From the NCBI GenBank assembly GCA_964252035.1, contig OZ176206.1: a stretch of DNA of 64,000 nt; one strand, given 5' to 3'. Below are positions 23,708 through 36,388 of the stretch, in pieces. The notes beneath the pieces are model-generated. The model ran no database searches and was not told the DNA's origin. It saw nothing but the letters and a program-made list of their open reading frames with translations. Position numbers and translations under genes: made by a program. The stretch is from Podarcis erhardii. Its lineage: Eukaryota. Each line of letters starts with the position of its first letter. Within the stretch, counting starts at the first letter, position 1.

Positions 23708-26700
23708 ATTTTTGCAATGTTATTTTCTGCTAGCAAATGGAATATTTAAAAAACTGGTGTCTTGTCAAAACAGAGTCAGCCTAGCCTGCCTCACAGGAGG
23801 GAGTTTAGTTAGATCATAAGCAATTGTTCTATGACAATGCTCATGGTACCTAACAAGACAAGAATAGCTTATTGGATCAAACCAATAGGCCCATTTAGTC
23901 CTGCATCCTGTTCTCACAGGGACCAACTAGATACCCCAATGAAAAACCCTCAAGCAGGAAACAAGCATTAGAGCAATTCTGTGATTTCTAGTCACTGGTA
24001 TTCAGAAGCATTACTGCCTCCATAGGCAGAACATAGCCACCAGTACCTTCGCAAGGGAAGAGGATAAAACCAGAACAAATTGGCCTCACCTCTGGTGGCC
24101 CCTGTGGTCCTGCCTCCAGTCCTGCCTCTTGGCTGTCCCACCAGGGGCAGTGACCAGCCACCACTGCTTGTAGTGCAAGTCCAACTGCACTGAAAGTGAT
24201 GTGGTGCTACAGCATAGTGGTTCAATATGCAGGATCCATCTATAGAAATGAACAGTTATATAACTCTTGGTTTCCAAGGAAATGTGTAACCAGTAGCTTA
24301 TGTTAAATCTCACAATGGGGCCGATGCACGAACAAGCAATTAATAAAGAAAATACTAGGCCAATTCATGCTAGAGGAACAGAAATGGTAAATAAGTGCCT
24401 TTGGGGGAGCTTAATAACAACTGCATAATTGCCACCCTTAAGGCAGAAGGTCCATGCAGATGTATTCCAGGTGGTGAGTCTGTTGCAAGGCATTGTATGT
24501 TCTGAGTACACAATAGAGGGTGGCCACTGGCATATCACAGTGAAGAGCTGCTGGGATTGCTTGTTAAGTATATATAAGTGATTTAATTGACACTGAAGTG
24601 GGAATGGCTAAAAGTGTGTTGATGAAAAGGTTTAACTCAGGGAGATTCCATTGAAGCTAAAGAACAGCAAGAAGAGCTCTCTATGAGCTTTAACTAGGTG
24701 ATAATTAACTGGTTATTGTTCTCTAGCAGCTAGATAAGGTGACAAAGGTATTTGGTTGCAAATCTCCCTTTTGAAGGGAGTTGTCTAAATTCTCTTGCTT
24801 TCAAAGCTTTCTGAGAGTGAATGAAGTTCTCCTAGAAGCTGCAAGGCCTTAGGCAGGCTAAGGAAGGTTTGAATGGGGGAGACACCGTTTTGATTTTGGG
24901 AGTTATCTCTTATTTCTAAGATGCTGAGCCTGTGCTTGACAGCACAAGACATTGTCTGGATGTTTGCATGTATCATTTGATGTACTTTGTTATGTTATTG
25001 AAGAAAGCTCTGCATTTAACTTTGCATAATATTTTTATGGGTCTGGACAATGGTTTCTTCCAAAAGGAGTCAGTTTTTATGCTTTCAGTCACTTGAAACT
25101 GTGCAGTATTAATATCTGTAATATCACTTTGGGCAGGACAGTTTTTGCTGTGACTTTCCCTTTAAGGCAGTCCCAATCTCCCTTTGCAGGAGCCATGGCT
25201 GCTGCTACTCAACCAGGACAGGCAGCAGCAAGGTGAGGCAGGCAGCAGTTGCTACCACCACCAGAGCTCTGGAGTCTAGACTCTGCCTCCATGGTCAGAG
25301 GCTTCCGAATACCAATTGCAGGAGGAGAGTGTGCCGTTCTACTCCTTGTTGTGGGCGTCTCATGGGCATCTGGTTGGCTAATGATAAAAGAGGACATGCC
25401 TGTGCATATGCTCATTTCTATATACAGATGCAGGCTTAGACATTATTGGTGTGATTTGAATGAAAATATAATAAAACTCAGTATGGTGGAGAAGATTGTG
25501 ACCAGGCGATGAGTGTGTCTGCTCCATTTGCTGGCCGGGTGCTAATTGCAGATGGGCAACTGCAAGATCTCTGCTCTTCCTTCTTATGGTCCTTCATCTG
25601 TAAAACCAGACTTGAAGAGAACAGCTGTTCAAACCGAAGACTCCTTCAAATTTTAGTTTCTCCCACTCCTTTGTGCATCCATTGTTAAAGCAGAGCACCC
25701 TGACTGCAGCCTTAAGCACATTGACTTGGGACAGAGATCATAACATGTAGGCTTTGTACAGATACAGAAGTGGAAGTGCACTCCCCAGCTTAAGTTTAGC
25801 TATACAGTTTCTCCGCTGCCTGAAACGGCATATTTATAGCAGATGGTGGTTGTGCACAGCACTGATTTGCTTGAAGTGATGCTGCTACTAGCCTGCACTC
25901 CCCTTCTTCTCCAAAGCAGCATTTCAACATATTTTAAGATGGGATATTAAGTTTCACATACATGAATCACTTTAAAAAAAACAAAAAACTGGATAACCTG
26001 CATACTTCATGTGCAATGAGTGACATAGTCTACTGAATGAATGAATGTTTGATTTACTTATCAGTCTGCAAAATGTATTGCAAATGCAGGGAGAAGCTAA
26101 TTTTAATTCATGGGAGAAAGATCTTCAACAAATCCTGATTTGTTTGCATGCATATTTTTATGCAACCTGAATGTGATTTACGTCTGAATAATGATGCATA
26201 TGATTGAACTTCATGTGTCTTTTTTTTTAATGTAGAACATTAGGAATTTGAAAAACTGGGAACCAATTATTGACTTCTTGTTGGTTGACTCATTCACTTC
26301 TTTTTAACTGAAGGTATAAGTCATTGACTAAATGTAATAAATTTGCACATTCGTAAAAATGTAACAAATGTGCCATTTAGGAGACATTCAAAAAATACAA
26401 TTTAATAATCAAAAGCAGTAATTGCTAAAAAGAAAGACTAATCTATGCTTTTCTGTTTTCATGTTCCCCATTTTACCAATAATTCCAGCCTTTATTATCT
26501 CGGCTCTTGCCTTGGTACAGTTCCCCCTCCCCCACAAATGGCAACCTCCTAATTTAATGCCATTTTAAAAATTACTTTTTAAAAAACCTCCACCTACAAG
26601 TTGTAGTTGCTTAATCAACTGCGGCAGGAGGGGGGGATTTGAACCCTCAGCACTGCATGTTATGATAGATTTCTGGTGCTGACTCATAAGTTCTGATGTT

Positions 26701-27154
26701 TATATAGACAAACTGCATTGCCTGCATGTAAGAATCAGCTAGGCCTGAAGCTTGCAGAAGTACCCCAAAAAAGGGTGGGGATAAATGACCCTAATGGAGT
26801 GGGAGGAGAAGATCTGCAAGGCAGCCCAATTCGGAATGAGCATGCTCAGTGGGCCCAGAATGCTAATTGTTAAGAATAAAAACAGAAAAACAGGAAGGTG
26901 GAAGAATGTAACAGAGTAGCTCAAAGGAGGGCATGACAGGCTGACTGGCACCGCAAACAAGAAACAAGAACTGTTGCCATATTATATTTTCTTGCAAGTC
27001 CCACTTCTTCCATACATTCCTGAACTTGCTGCCCATGAAGCTATACTTGAATTTGTAACTGGTGATGTCATGAGACAGGGCGGTTCTTTGGTAAGAGGCA
27101 TTGCCTAAGAAACCTAAGCCCCACGCCCTCCACCAGTCCAGCGTGATTGGAACC

Positions 27155-27465
27155 AAGGGCTATCTTAAGCATATGCGGCGCCAGGGTGCAAAGTTCCGCC
27201 TGGTGCCCCCCCAGGTTGCCCAGTCCCAGGTGCGCAGGACAGTGGAGCTGGCCGCCCAGCCGTCTCAGAGTCTCGCTGGCTCCATCGCCCCCGAACTCGC
27301 GGCACAGAGCTGCCCACAGCAGAAGAGCCCGACGCGGCACTCTGACCGGCGGGCGGGCTCTTCCCTGGACTCAACTCTCGGGCCCTGGACTCTCGGCCTG
27401 GTGCCCCTGAGAGCCCGGCATCCAGGTGCCCCACACCCCTAGCGCCTATGGATAGGACGGCCCTG
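27155..27465. mobile_element. GC/CpG-rich non-autonomous DNA transposon (imperfect TIR AGGGCTATC...GACGGCCCTG)
   Basis: Imperfect terminal inverted repeats enclosing a CpG-rich interior, in otherwise CpG-poor DNA. TSD not resolved. Confidence 0.45.
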
Positions 27466-28871
27466 TTAGAAGCACATGTGGAGGTATGCTGGTTCATGCG
27501 AAATTTACCCTGCCTGTTAAAAGTGAACAGCTTGGCAGGGTGACATCCCTGGTTGATTCAGTGGAGCGAATGCCGTCTTCACCTACTTTACCAGTGGCTC
27601 CGACTAATTCTAACTGACAAGACCATCTCTTTGTTGAGAGATAGGCCGAGGGGCTCTTGCTGAGAGCAGCCTGTGACCTTTCCTTGTCACATTAACACTC
27701 CTCGCCATAATCAGTCAGGCGAACGGGACTGAAATGATCCCACCGTGGCACACTGGGCCAATTTATAATCTGCTCGTAGGAGTGTTTGCGATAAGGCAGC
27801 TAAGGAGCAAAGCAATAAATACTAGTAAATAGCAACATGCCCACCAAATGGTGAAAAGGTAGCCTAGAGGTGGGTGAGTCCTTGAAAAATGAGAAGCGTT
27901 CATCTGCCCCAGGCCTAGCAGAGTGTGTCTTTGCCCCCATAGCCCAGTGCTCAGCTGTTTCCCCAAACAGTAGCTGTGGCAAGATGGCTACTTGTGCACT
28001 GCCAAATAAGAGGAAATGCATTGCCAGCAAGGAGAACAAAGGGGTGTGCATTTGCATAAAATTTTGCATATGTTAATGTAGATGCAGCTTTCAGACCGTC
28101 TCTCCCTTCCATGCCAGTAAAGACACTGGGCAATCAGACAGTCTCTCAAGCAGCTGGGATCTTATTATAGATCTGTGGTGAGGAACCTCTGGCCCACAGG
28201 CTTAGTTAGGCCTCCTAGGCCTAGAAGGTTGGCCCACCAGGCTATTTTTGTGAGCCATGCCCACCTTTCCCATGCCTGTTTTAGCTGCAGCTGCTGTGAA
28301 GAAAGAATCAGGCAGGGTCAGCGCATCACATTTCCCTGCTTGAGGCGGATCCCACTGCACCATCTCTGCCACCAGTGGAGGCATCAGAGGTGGGCATGAA
28401 GCTGCTTCAGGGCTTCCGCTGACCAAGGTGGCAGCTTCGCCCTGCCTCATGCATGGGCTGGGCCAGGAATTGAGAGTGCACTTGCAGCCAGAGACTGAAG
28501 TTACGTTCACCTGTTGTCATATGTCTGCCCACCTGTCAAAGGGGCTTGTAGAAGGTTACCAAGGTCTAGTCCTCCACTCCAGTTATAGCTAGAAGATACC
28601 ATACTGTAAACATGTGAGCATATAGCTTTGGATCCAGATCTAGTCATTCTTTTAAGGCTGTGGAAACTAGAGGTGCCATCAGGGCCCCCAAAGACAGCAG
28701 GGCTGTGCATGACGTGTATGAAGGAAGTGCATGAAAGAGTCCCTATCTCCCCATGAAACATTAAGTCCAGAGACTAAAATCACCCACCTGTCCCATTGCT
28801 GCTATCCTAGTTCCACTCTGTGTCAAAGAGCAGTGGAGTGCCATCATTTGGATTGACACAGGGCTGCTTTG

Positions 28872-29207
28872 CCCTAATGCAGGGGTCAGGCCTCCCTATT
28901 TCCCCCACAAGGCCATTTTGGCCAGGCTGCACTCACCTGTCCTACACCTGACATCAGGGGCAAGTTCGGATGCAGTCGGGCCAAAGGGGGGGGGGCTGCT
29001 ATGCAAGCACAGTGCCAACAACCAGCTGATTGCAAAGTCCCCCTAATGCAGGGGTCAGGCCTCCCTATTTCCCCCACAAGGCCATTTTGGCCAGGCTGCA
29101 CTCACCTGTCCTACACCTGACATCAGGGGCAAGTTCGGATGCAGTCGGGCCAAAGGGGGGGGCTGCTATGCAAGCACAGTGCCAACAACCAGCTGATTGC
29201 AAAGTCC
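28872..29207. repeat. Direct tandem duplication, 169-bp + 167-bp units
   Basis: Units 28872-29040 and 29041-29207 are identical except for a G10 versus G8 run. Confidence 0.95.
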
Positions 29208-31381
29208 TGATATAGGGACATATCAGGAAGCTGCCTTATATGGAGTCTAGCCTATTGGTCCATCTTCCTCAGTACTGTCCATGCCAGCTGGCAGTGGCTT
29301 TCCAGGGTTTCAGACAGGAAGTCTCTCCCAGCCGTACCTGGAAATGCCAGGGATTGAACCTGGTTCCTTCTGCAAGCCAAGCAGGTGCTGTGTCCCTGAG
29401 CAATGTCCCCAACAACAGCTCCAGCCTGATGTATTCTGGAATCAACAGCACCAGGGATGAGTCAATGACTTCAGCAACAGCAGCTAGCTGTCAAGTTGTA
29501 AAAAGACGGTGACGTTGCAAGCTAACTGTCAAGGAAATCAGAACGCTTTTTCCTAGAGTTTCCTTAAAGGTAAACTGCTCCATCAGATTCTTTCTATGTC
29601 CCTGACCAAGTCTCTAGCTCTTACCCTGCATTGAGATGGGAATAAGACTGACTCTCCTAATCAATTCAAAAGTACCCTATGATGATTAAAAAATAACTAT
29701 GAAGCTCAAGTCATGCGCCGTACGTGAAGAGCTCTGCTGGGTCAAGGCCAAAGGCCCATCCAGTCCAGCGTCCTGCTCTCACACTGGGAAACCAGATGCA
29801 TTTGAAAAGGCCACAAGCAGGACTTATGTAAAATGGCACTTTCTCTACATGATTCCCAGCAAATGATATTCAGAAGCCCTTCAACATTGCCTTCCACAGT
29901 GGAGGGAGAACATCACCATCACGACTAGCAGCCACTGATAGCCTTAATCTCAATGAATGTGTATTATCCCAACTGGGAAAGGCCACTGCTCAGTGGCAGA
30001 GCATGCCGGTTCCAGGCACAATCCTCAACTTTGCAGGGGAGGGGCAGCTAGGAGAGAATCCTGTCTGAAATTCTGGAGAGCCACTGTTGACAGGGTAGAC
30101 AATATTGAGATAGATGGACCAATGGTCTGGCTCAGTATAAAATAGCATCCTTTGCTCCTCTGTTCCTCTTTTAAAGTCATCCAATTTGGTTTCCGTCACT
30201 ACATATTGTGGGAGCAAATTCCATAGTTTAACTATGTGAAGAAGTACCTTATTGTCTGTCCTGAATCTTCCAAAATTCAGCTGAGTTTGAGTATTATGAG
30301 TGGGGGAGAAAAATTGAGCTGTAAAAGCTCAGGCTGCCATCCTATGCACAGACTCCCCTTGCTTGGACACAGTGGGACTTACTTCTGAGTAAACTCGCAG
30401 GAGATTGCACTGGCAGCTGAGAAACACGACTCTGTGTGTGTGCAAGGCAACTTGTATTCTCTCATTCTGGGGTCAATCTGCAGCAGCAGGACAGGTACAA
30501 ATCAAGGGCCAGCCTTCCTTCCTCTCCTGCAGCTTCCCCAAAATCGAGTGCCCTCCAGCTGCTTTGGACTACAACTACCATCAACCCCAATGCTTGCTAG
30601 GACTGATGGGAGTTGGAGTCCTAAACAGTTGCTGGGCACCAGGGTGAAGCAGTTATATATTCTTAACCTGGTTTGCATCTTGTGATCTGTCTATGCTGAC
30701 TAAAGACTTCTAGTCACCTTATAAATATGAAATGGTGATTAAGACTTATGATTTCATCAGCCTTTTAAAGCTACCTCATTCTCAGTTATTGCAATTATAA
30801 TGAAATTTAGGGAATATCGGAAATATTATCTGGTATAAATGGTTAAGTGGCAGAATTCCTAACATGTTATTTAGAAGTTGTTTGTCATGGAATTCGACAC
30901 ACTTTGTTGCATTCCTTGTCATTTATATCTGCTTGCCAATGGGCTCTGTGCAGTTAAACATAGCAACAAAAGAATTACAGAGTTGCAAGAGACCTCGTAG
31001 GTACCTTTCTCTGTCTGCCAAACAACCTCTGTCACTCAGAAAGCTTGTATATTCAATAATAATAATAGTAATAATAATAGTTCGTTGTTGCTTGCTGCCG
31101 GCTTATGGTTGGGCATATGCTTCTTTCCATCCATTTTTTAAAAATAGCAGGGACGATCCCCAATTCCGCTGGGGGGTAAAAACGGCGGTGACTCACCCAG
31201 CTCCCGTCTGGCACCTCTGCGCGCCCCCTCCGGGCCGAGGGGGGGGGGGCGGGGAGCAGACGCCCCGCGGGAATTCTAATTCAGAACCTGGTTGGGTTCT
31301 AGCTCGTGGCGACGTCACCAGCGGGGCGGGGCTGAGCTCTCGGGAGCTGCATAAATGGGCGCCAAGAAGCCCCGAAAGGGA

Positions 31382-31495
31382 ACAGAAGCGGAGCATCGCT
31401 CAGTGCTGGAAAGGACGCAGCGGCAAGTGGGGACAGGGAGCACGAGAGAAAGGCGCTTTTCCGGACCCAGTTCCCTTAGCTACATCACTTCCAAG
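31382..31495 (+). other. RRAD: RRAD non-coding exon 1 (5' end estimated from the TATA-like box)
   Basis: Consensus donor AAG|GTAAGT at 31495/31496 downstream of the core promoter; no ATG within the exon. Confidence 0.7.
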
Positions 31496-32387
31496 GTAAG
31501 TCGACTGCCTTTGATGCGTGGCTGTTAAGGCGGGGTAGCTTTTGGCATGGGGGGGGGCGGTTGTTCGACGGCAGAGTCCCGCTGCAGGTGGGGGGGGGGC
31601 ATCCCGCGATCAGGCTCGGCAGGATCTTTCGGAAGGGGTAGAGCGAGGACTTGGTGGGGGCGGAATCCGCTTTGCTGCTTCTGTCCCGGGCCGGACATGG
31701 CAGAGACACCCACCCAGTTGTGCGTTCGAGAGTCGAGCACACCAGGCAGTGGCGAGAGTCGTGGAAGAACTGATTTCTCCTCGTGTCTTTGCTCTGCGTC
31801 TCTGTCATGCATGGATCCATAACTCTGCTCCGGATTAGGGATGGAACCCCGCGAGGAACTGCTTGATCAGGAGCAGGAAGGGGCGTTCATTCTCCTGTGG
31901 ATAAGGAGCGCTTGCTGGATCAGGATAACGTGGCCCGTCTAGTCCAGCATCCTGATCTCCAAGTGGGCAGCCAGACACCTCTGAGAAGCCCGCGAGGAGA
32001 GCAGGAGCGCAGCACTTCCCTCGCCCCCTTCCAGCATTCAGAGGCGTCGCCTCGGGGGCCACCGACGGCCAGGCGGAACATAGCCGTCGTGCCTAGTAGC
32101 CCTTGATATCCTTGGGGGGAGAGCGAGAAGTCGCTTCTTTCACTCTCTCTCAACGCATTGTTAGCGACTGTGAGTGTGTGGATTTGGAGTGTCTAGCTAA
32201 CTCCGGATTGAGTTCGGAGCTAGAGAGAGTGTCGCTGTGATGTCCGCCCCTGCCGCTTTCCTGTTAAAAGCGTGCCTCTCGCCCAGTGTGGAAGGGAGGC
32301 GCACCATAGCCAAGAAGGGGTGCGGGGGCGCGCTTATTCCGGATTAGTGAAAGTGCCGTGTAAACGTCTTTCTCCCCAGGCGCCCCC

Positions 32388-32781
32388 ATGACCCTGAACC
32401 GCGGCGACAAGCTGAGGTACCTGGACAAGCGGCGGGGCAGCACGCCCTTCGCGGCGCACCACCTGCAGCAGCAGCAGCAGCACCTGCACCGGCGCAGCAT
32501 GCCCGTGGACGAGCGCGAGCTGCAGGCGTCGCTGCCGCCGTCCCCTCGAGGCGAGCTCTCGAAGCTGATGCGCTGCACCTCCTACAGCCCCGCCGCCGAG
32601 GACGACGAGGCGCACCGCCAGGGCTGGGCCTCCGACTCCTCCGACTCCGTCATCTCCTCCGGCAGCGACTCCGACAGCAACCTCTACAAAGTCATCCTGC
32701 TGGGCGAGCACGGCGTGGGCAAGACCAGCCTGGCCAGGATCTTCGGAGGGGTGGAGGACTGCCCGGATGCCGAGGAGGCTG
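32388..32781 (+). CDS. RRAD: Ras-related associated with diabetes (Rad, RGK GTPase), coding exon 1 (394 nt)
   Basis: MTLN...RRGSTP...HRRSMPVDERELQ...YKVILLGEHGVGKTSLARIFGGVED (G1 box); acceptor TCTCCCCAG at 32379; donor G|GTGAGT. Confidence 0.96.
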
Positions 32782-35596
32782 GTGAGTGCGGCGGAAAGGG
32801 GCAGACTCCGGGGGTGGGGCGCAGACGGGGGGCAGCGTGGTGCAATGGCTGGACTAGGAGTCCTGGACTAGGACCCAAGAGAGCAGGGTTCAAATCCCCA
32901 CTCAGCCATGGAGCTCCCGGGGTCACCTTGGGCCAGCCTCACCTACCTCACAGGGTTGTTGTGATGACAAAATCAAAAGTGAGTGGAGAATCCTGTGTGC
33001 CAGGTCCAGCTAGTCGGGGGAAAGGCAGGACAGAAATGGAATAATAAATAAATCAATTCAAAAGGTAGCAGGAGATCTGCTGGGGAAATGGATCTGCAGA
33101 GGGCTGTATGCCTGAGCAATGTATGGATCAGTCCACCACCACCTGTCCACAAATCAAGGAACACAGGAAGCTGCTTTATATTGAGCCTGACCATAGGTCC
33201 ACCTACTGGCTTATTATTGTCCACACTGACTGACAGCAGCTCTCCAGGGTTTTCATGCAGGGAGTCTTCCCCAGCCCTCCCAGGAGATGCTGAGCATCAA
33301 TGCTGGGATGGAACTTCTTCAAAGAATTAGGAGCATGGGGAATGGCAGCATACGGAATCACCAGAGCTATAGGTCCATTTAGCTCAGTATTGTCTGCACT
33401 GACTGGCAGTGGTTCCCGAGAGTTTCAGATAGGGAGTCTCTGCCAGCCCTACCAGGAGAGGCCAGAGACTGAACCTGGGACCTTCTGCGTGCAGAGCCCT
33501 CCTGGATCAGTCCAGTAGTCCACAGAGCTAAGCATCCTTTTCCCCACAGTGGCTAACCAGATTGTGCCTCTGAAAAGCCCACAAGCTGATAGGCTTTCTT
33601 CCTTCATCATGATTCTTTTATTGCCTCTGTTTAAAGCCATCTCGGCTGGTGGCCACTTCCCCTTTTGTAGTAGCAAATTCCTCATGGTAATACTGTACTA
33701 TGTGTGGGGGTGGATTAAGATATTTAGAGACCCAAAGCACTGCAAAGATTATGGTTCCCCCATATGTAATTCAGAAGAAAAAGAGTATTAAACTGCAAAA
33801 TTAAAAAAAGTTTTTTTCAAAATGACACAAAGTTTACAAGTATGCTGAAATGTCCATACATGTGTGGAATGTGAAACACCTGATCTTATTCCCTTGCTTT
33901 ATTCTGATATGCGCCAGTGGGGTTTCTCCCTAGTTTAGCTGGGGAGAAGTAATAAAAAGAGAACGGAAAAATGGGGGAAGCATGTGTAGTGTAAAGAAGT
34001 CAAATGTCAAATTCCTGCCCCCACCCTATTCTCTTTGTGTGTAAAACAGAGTTGCGTTCAGGCCAACTCTGTTTCATTTGACAACACAGAACTCTAGCAT
34101 TGACAAAATCAGACATCCGTACAATACTTGTGGGCTTCCCTAACAATGGTGCTGAGGACACTGAAGGGGAACAGCTTCTAGGAAGCTTTGACCCCCCCCC
34201 CTAAGATTTTATGATATTTCATTTCCCTTCAACCCTGACCACTGGCCATGCTGGCTGTGGCTGGGGGCAATTGAAGGCCAGCAACTTTTGGAGGATCACT
34301 GATCCCCCATGCCTGCTGTAGAATAAGTTAAAATGATTCTTTGGTGGGGAGGGGGAACTTGTTGGAGAATATTCAGGGGGTTGGATTAATGTATAATTAC
34401 TTGGAAAGTAACTTGGAATTACTTAGAAAGTTTTGTATTAAAACTGTTGCCTTTTGGAAATTTATTTTTATTAGTTTGCAAATTATTATGGAACCACAGA
34501 GACAAGTAACCAACCAAACCAAAATACTGTATCCAATTAAAGACAAAACATACAAAACCTAAGCATATTAACTAACAAACCCAGTCTAAAATAATGACTA
34601 CCCTATTTCTCTGAATGGCATGGGCAGAGATGCTTGTAAACCTGAAATTAAACTATATGAAATAAAATCCCACTATACTGAAGAGAAATGATCTGGATCT
34701 TCCTGTCCCTTGAGTGCTATTTTTGTTCTGCATTGACTAAATTCCAGAGGTTTTTTTTTAATTAATACCACAAGGATATAGTCAGATTTTTTTTTAAAAA
34801 AATCACACCTGTGGATATGGCAGATGTGTCTGTTGTTTGACTGAAAAAAGTGGATTGAAGGAAGCTCAAATTCTGCCTGTTGCATTTTGTTATTTGAAAA
34901 ATATGCCTTGTGTGTGTTTTATCTTCCATACTTTGGTTGTTGTTGCTTGAATAGTTGAATAGCCACCTCCACCACCTCCACCACCACCCATTCAAATCTG
35001 AATAAAGCAAAATAAATGTTAAAGCATAGCTTGCATTGGATTGATTCCATGTCCTTTTCCTATCAAGTGCTGTGCTGGAACTGTTTGTACAACAATAAAT
35101 TTAGAAGGGATGATAATTGGAAGCAGTACAAGGATGGCAGAGGCTGCTTTGTTTATGCACCAGATAAGGAGTTGTATCACCATCTAGTTTGTTCAGGTGC
35201 TTAAGCTTAACTGCACAGTTAAGCTGCTGTTTTATATTTCAACTGATTTGGCACCTCAGTCTTAAAACACATCTGCTTTGACTAGAGTCCCAGGATTTTC
35301 AAATGGAGCTAGATTCCCAAATCCTACCACCCTATGGCTACTCTCCTGGTAGTCTTACTTTGCAGTAAACATGCTTAATGTTGCACTAGATGTAATATTA
35401 AGCATGTTTACTGAAAAGCATGTTAAGAGTTAATCTCATGGAGTTGTCTTAACTGGATTTTGGATCTGACTCACTGATGCTCATAACGCAACAAATATCT
35501 TACAATAAACATTTTGTGGTCCCTTCCAACTCTACAATTCTATGAATCTTGAGGGGAGATTATGTTATCCTAATGTCTTTTTAATTTCCTTTATAG

Positions 35597-35670
35597 GAAA
35601 CACATATGACAGATCTATCATAGTTGATGGTGAGGAAGCTTCTCTGGTGGTGTTCGACATTTGGGAGCAG
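35597..35670 (+). CDS. RRAD: RRAD coding exon 2 (74 nt)
   Basis: (G)NTYDRSIIVDGEEASLVVFDIWEQ with the RGK-specific DxWE G3 motif; TTATAG acceptor, CAG|GTAAGG donor. Confidence 0.96.
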
Positions 35671-36388
35671 GTAAGGCATTATTTACTTTAAATGTTACAT
35701 AGATTCTGTGCTTTTTTCTGGGGAGGGGGGGATGCATATCCCTAAACATTTTTGAAGGAAAAAAAGCACTGCATAGATTTGTATCCCATTTTGTGGCCCA
35801 AATTATTTTCATGTGTTCTAGTGATTGCTTGCAACAAGTTAAGCAGCATTCTGTGCAAATTAGTAATATCTTTAAACAGATAACCAGTTCATAAAGCAGT
35901 AAAGCACAAAGATCTGGATGTAGCAAACTTAAGTCTGTGTGTACACTACTGTATATCTTTAAAGCATATTCAAAATACACTTTTTCTAAACAAATAATGG
36001 GCACTGTAGTTTATCCCTCAGAGTTACAATTCCCAGCAACTCAAAGCAAACTAGTGTCCAGTGTTATTTGGGGAGGGAATATGTTTTGAATGTACTTTAA
36101 AAGCACAGTGTGCACCCTGTCATACTACAGTACTATAAATGCTTGCACTGCTGTGCCTTCTTACCCCTTCTTGGTCCCTTCCATATCTTGCCTCCAGTGC
36201 AGGTCTGGGGAATCTCTGAGCTGCTGCATATTGCTGAACTATAACATCATCCCCATTGGCTATGCTTGCTGGGGCTGATGGGAGTTGTAGTTCAGCAACA
36301 TATGGAGGGCCAAAAACTCTCTACCCATATTCTGCTGGCATGTTCTTTAAATCCAAGTAACCATTCTTACTTAGAGCTTTAACATATG

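Larger units (their letters stand above)
31150..32830. promoter_or_regulatory. RRAD: CpG island covering the RRAD promoter, exon 1, intron 1 and exon 2
   Basis: Sharp rise in CpG and GC content. CRE-like CGACGTCA at 31310-31317, GC box GGGGCGGGGC at 31323-31332, TATA-like CATAAAT at 31350-31356, G-runs at 31232-31256. Confidence 0.85.

Noticed and set aside
22456-23736. 426-aa ORF as a host gene
   Set aside because: It is the L1 ORF2 C-terminus, and its apparent start (MLAENNIAK) is flank and TSD sequence.
25190-25232. 43-nt micro-exon with strong Kozak (GAGCCATGG, MAAATQPGQAAA) and AG|GTGAGG donor
   Set aside because: No partner exon or homology recognised; such pseudo-exons are common in intergenic DNA.
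30864-31499. 211-aa ORF over the RRAD promoter, and other ORFs in 31.2-32.7 kb
   Set aside because: GC-rich chance ORFs in a CpG island with no recognisable domain.
32782-33044. 3' part of the 218-aa ORF 32388-33044
   Set aside because: Read-through into RRAD intron after the G|GTGAGT donor, partly through a SINE; not coding.
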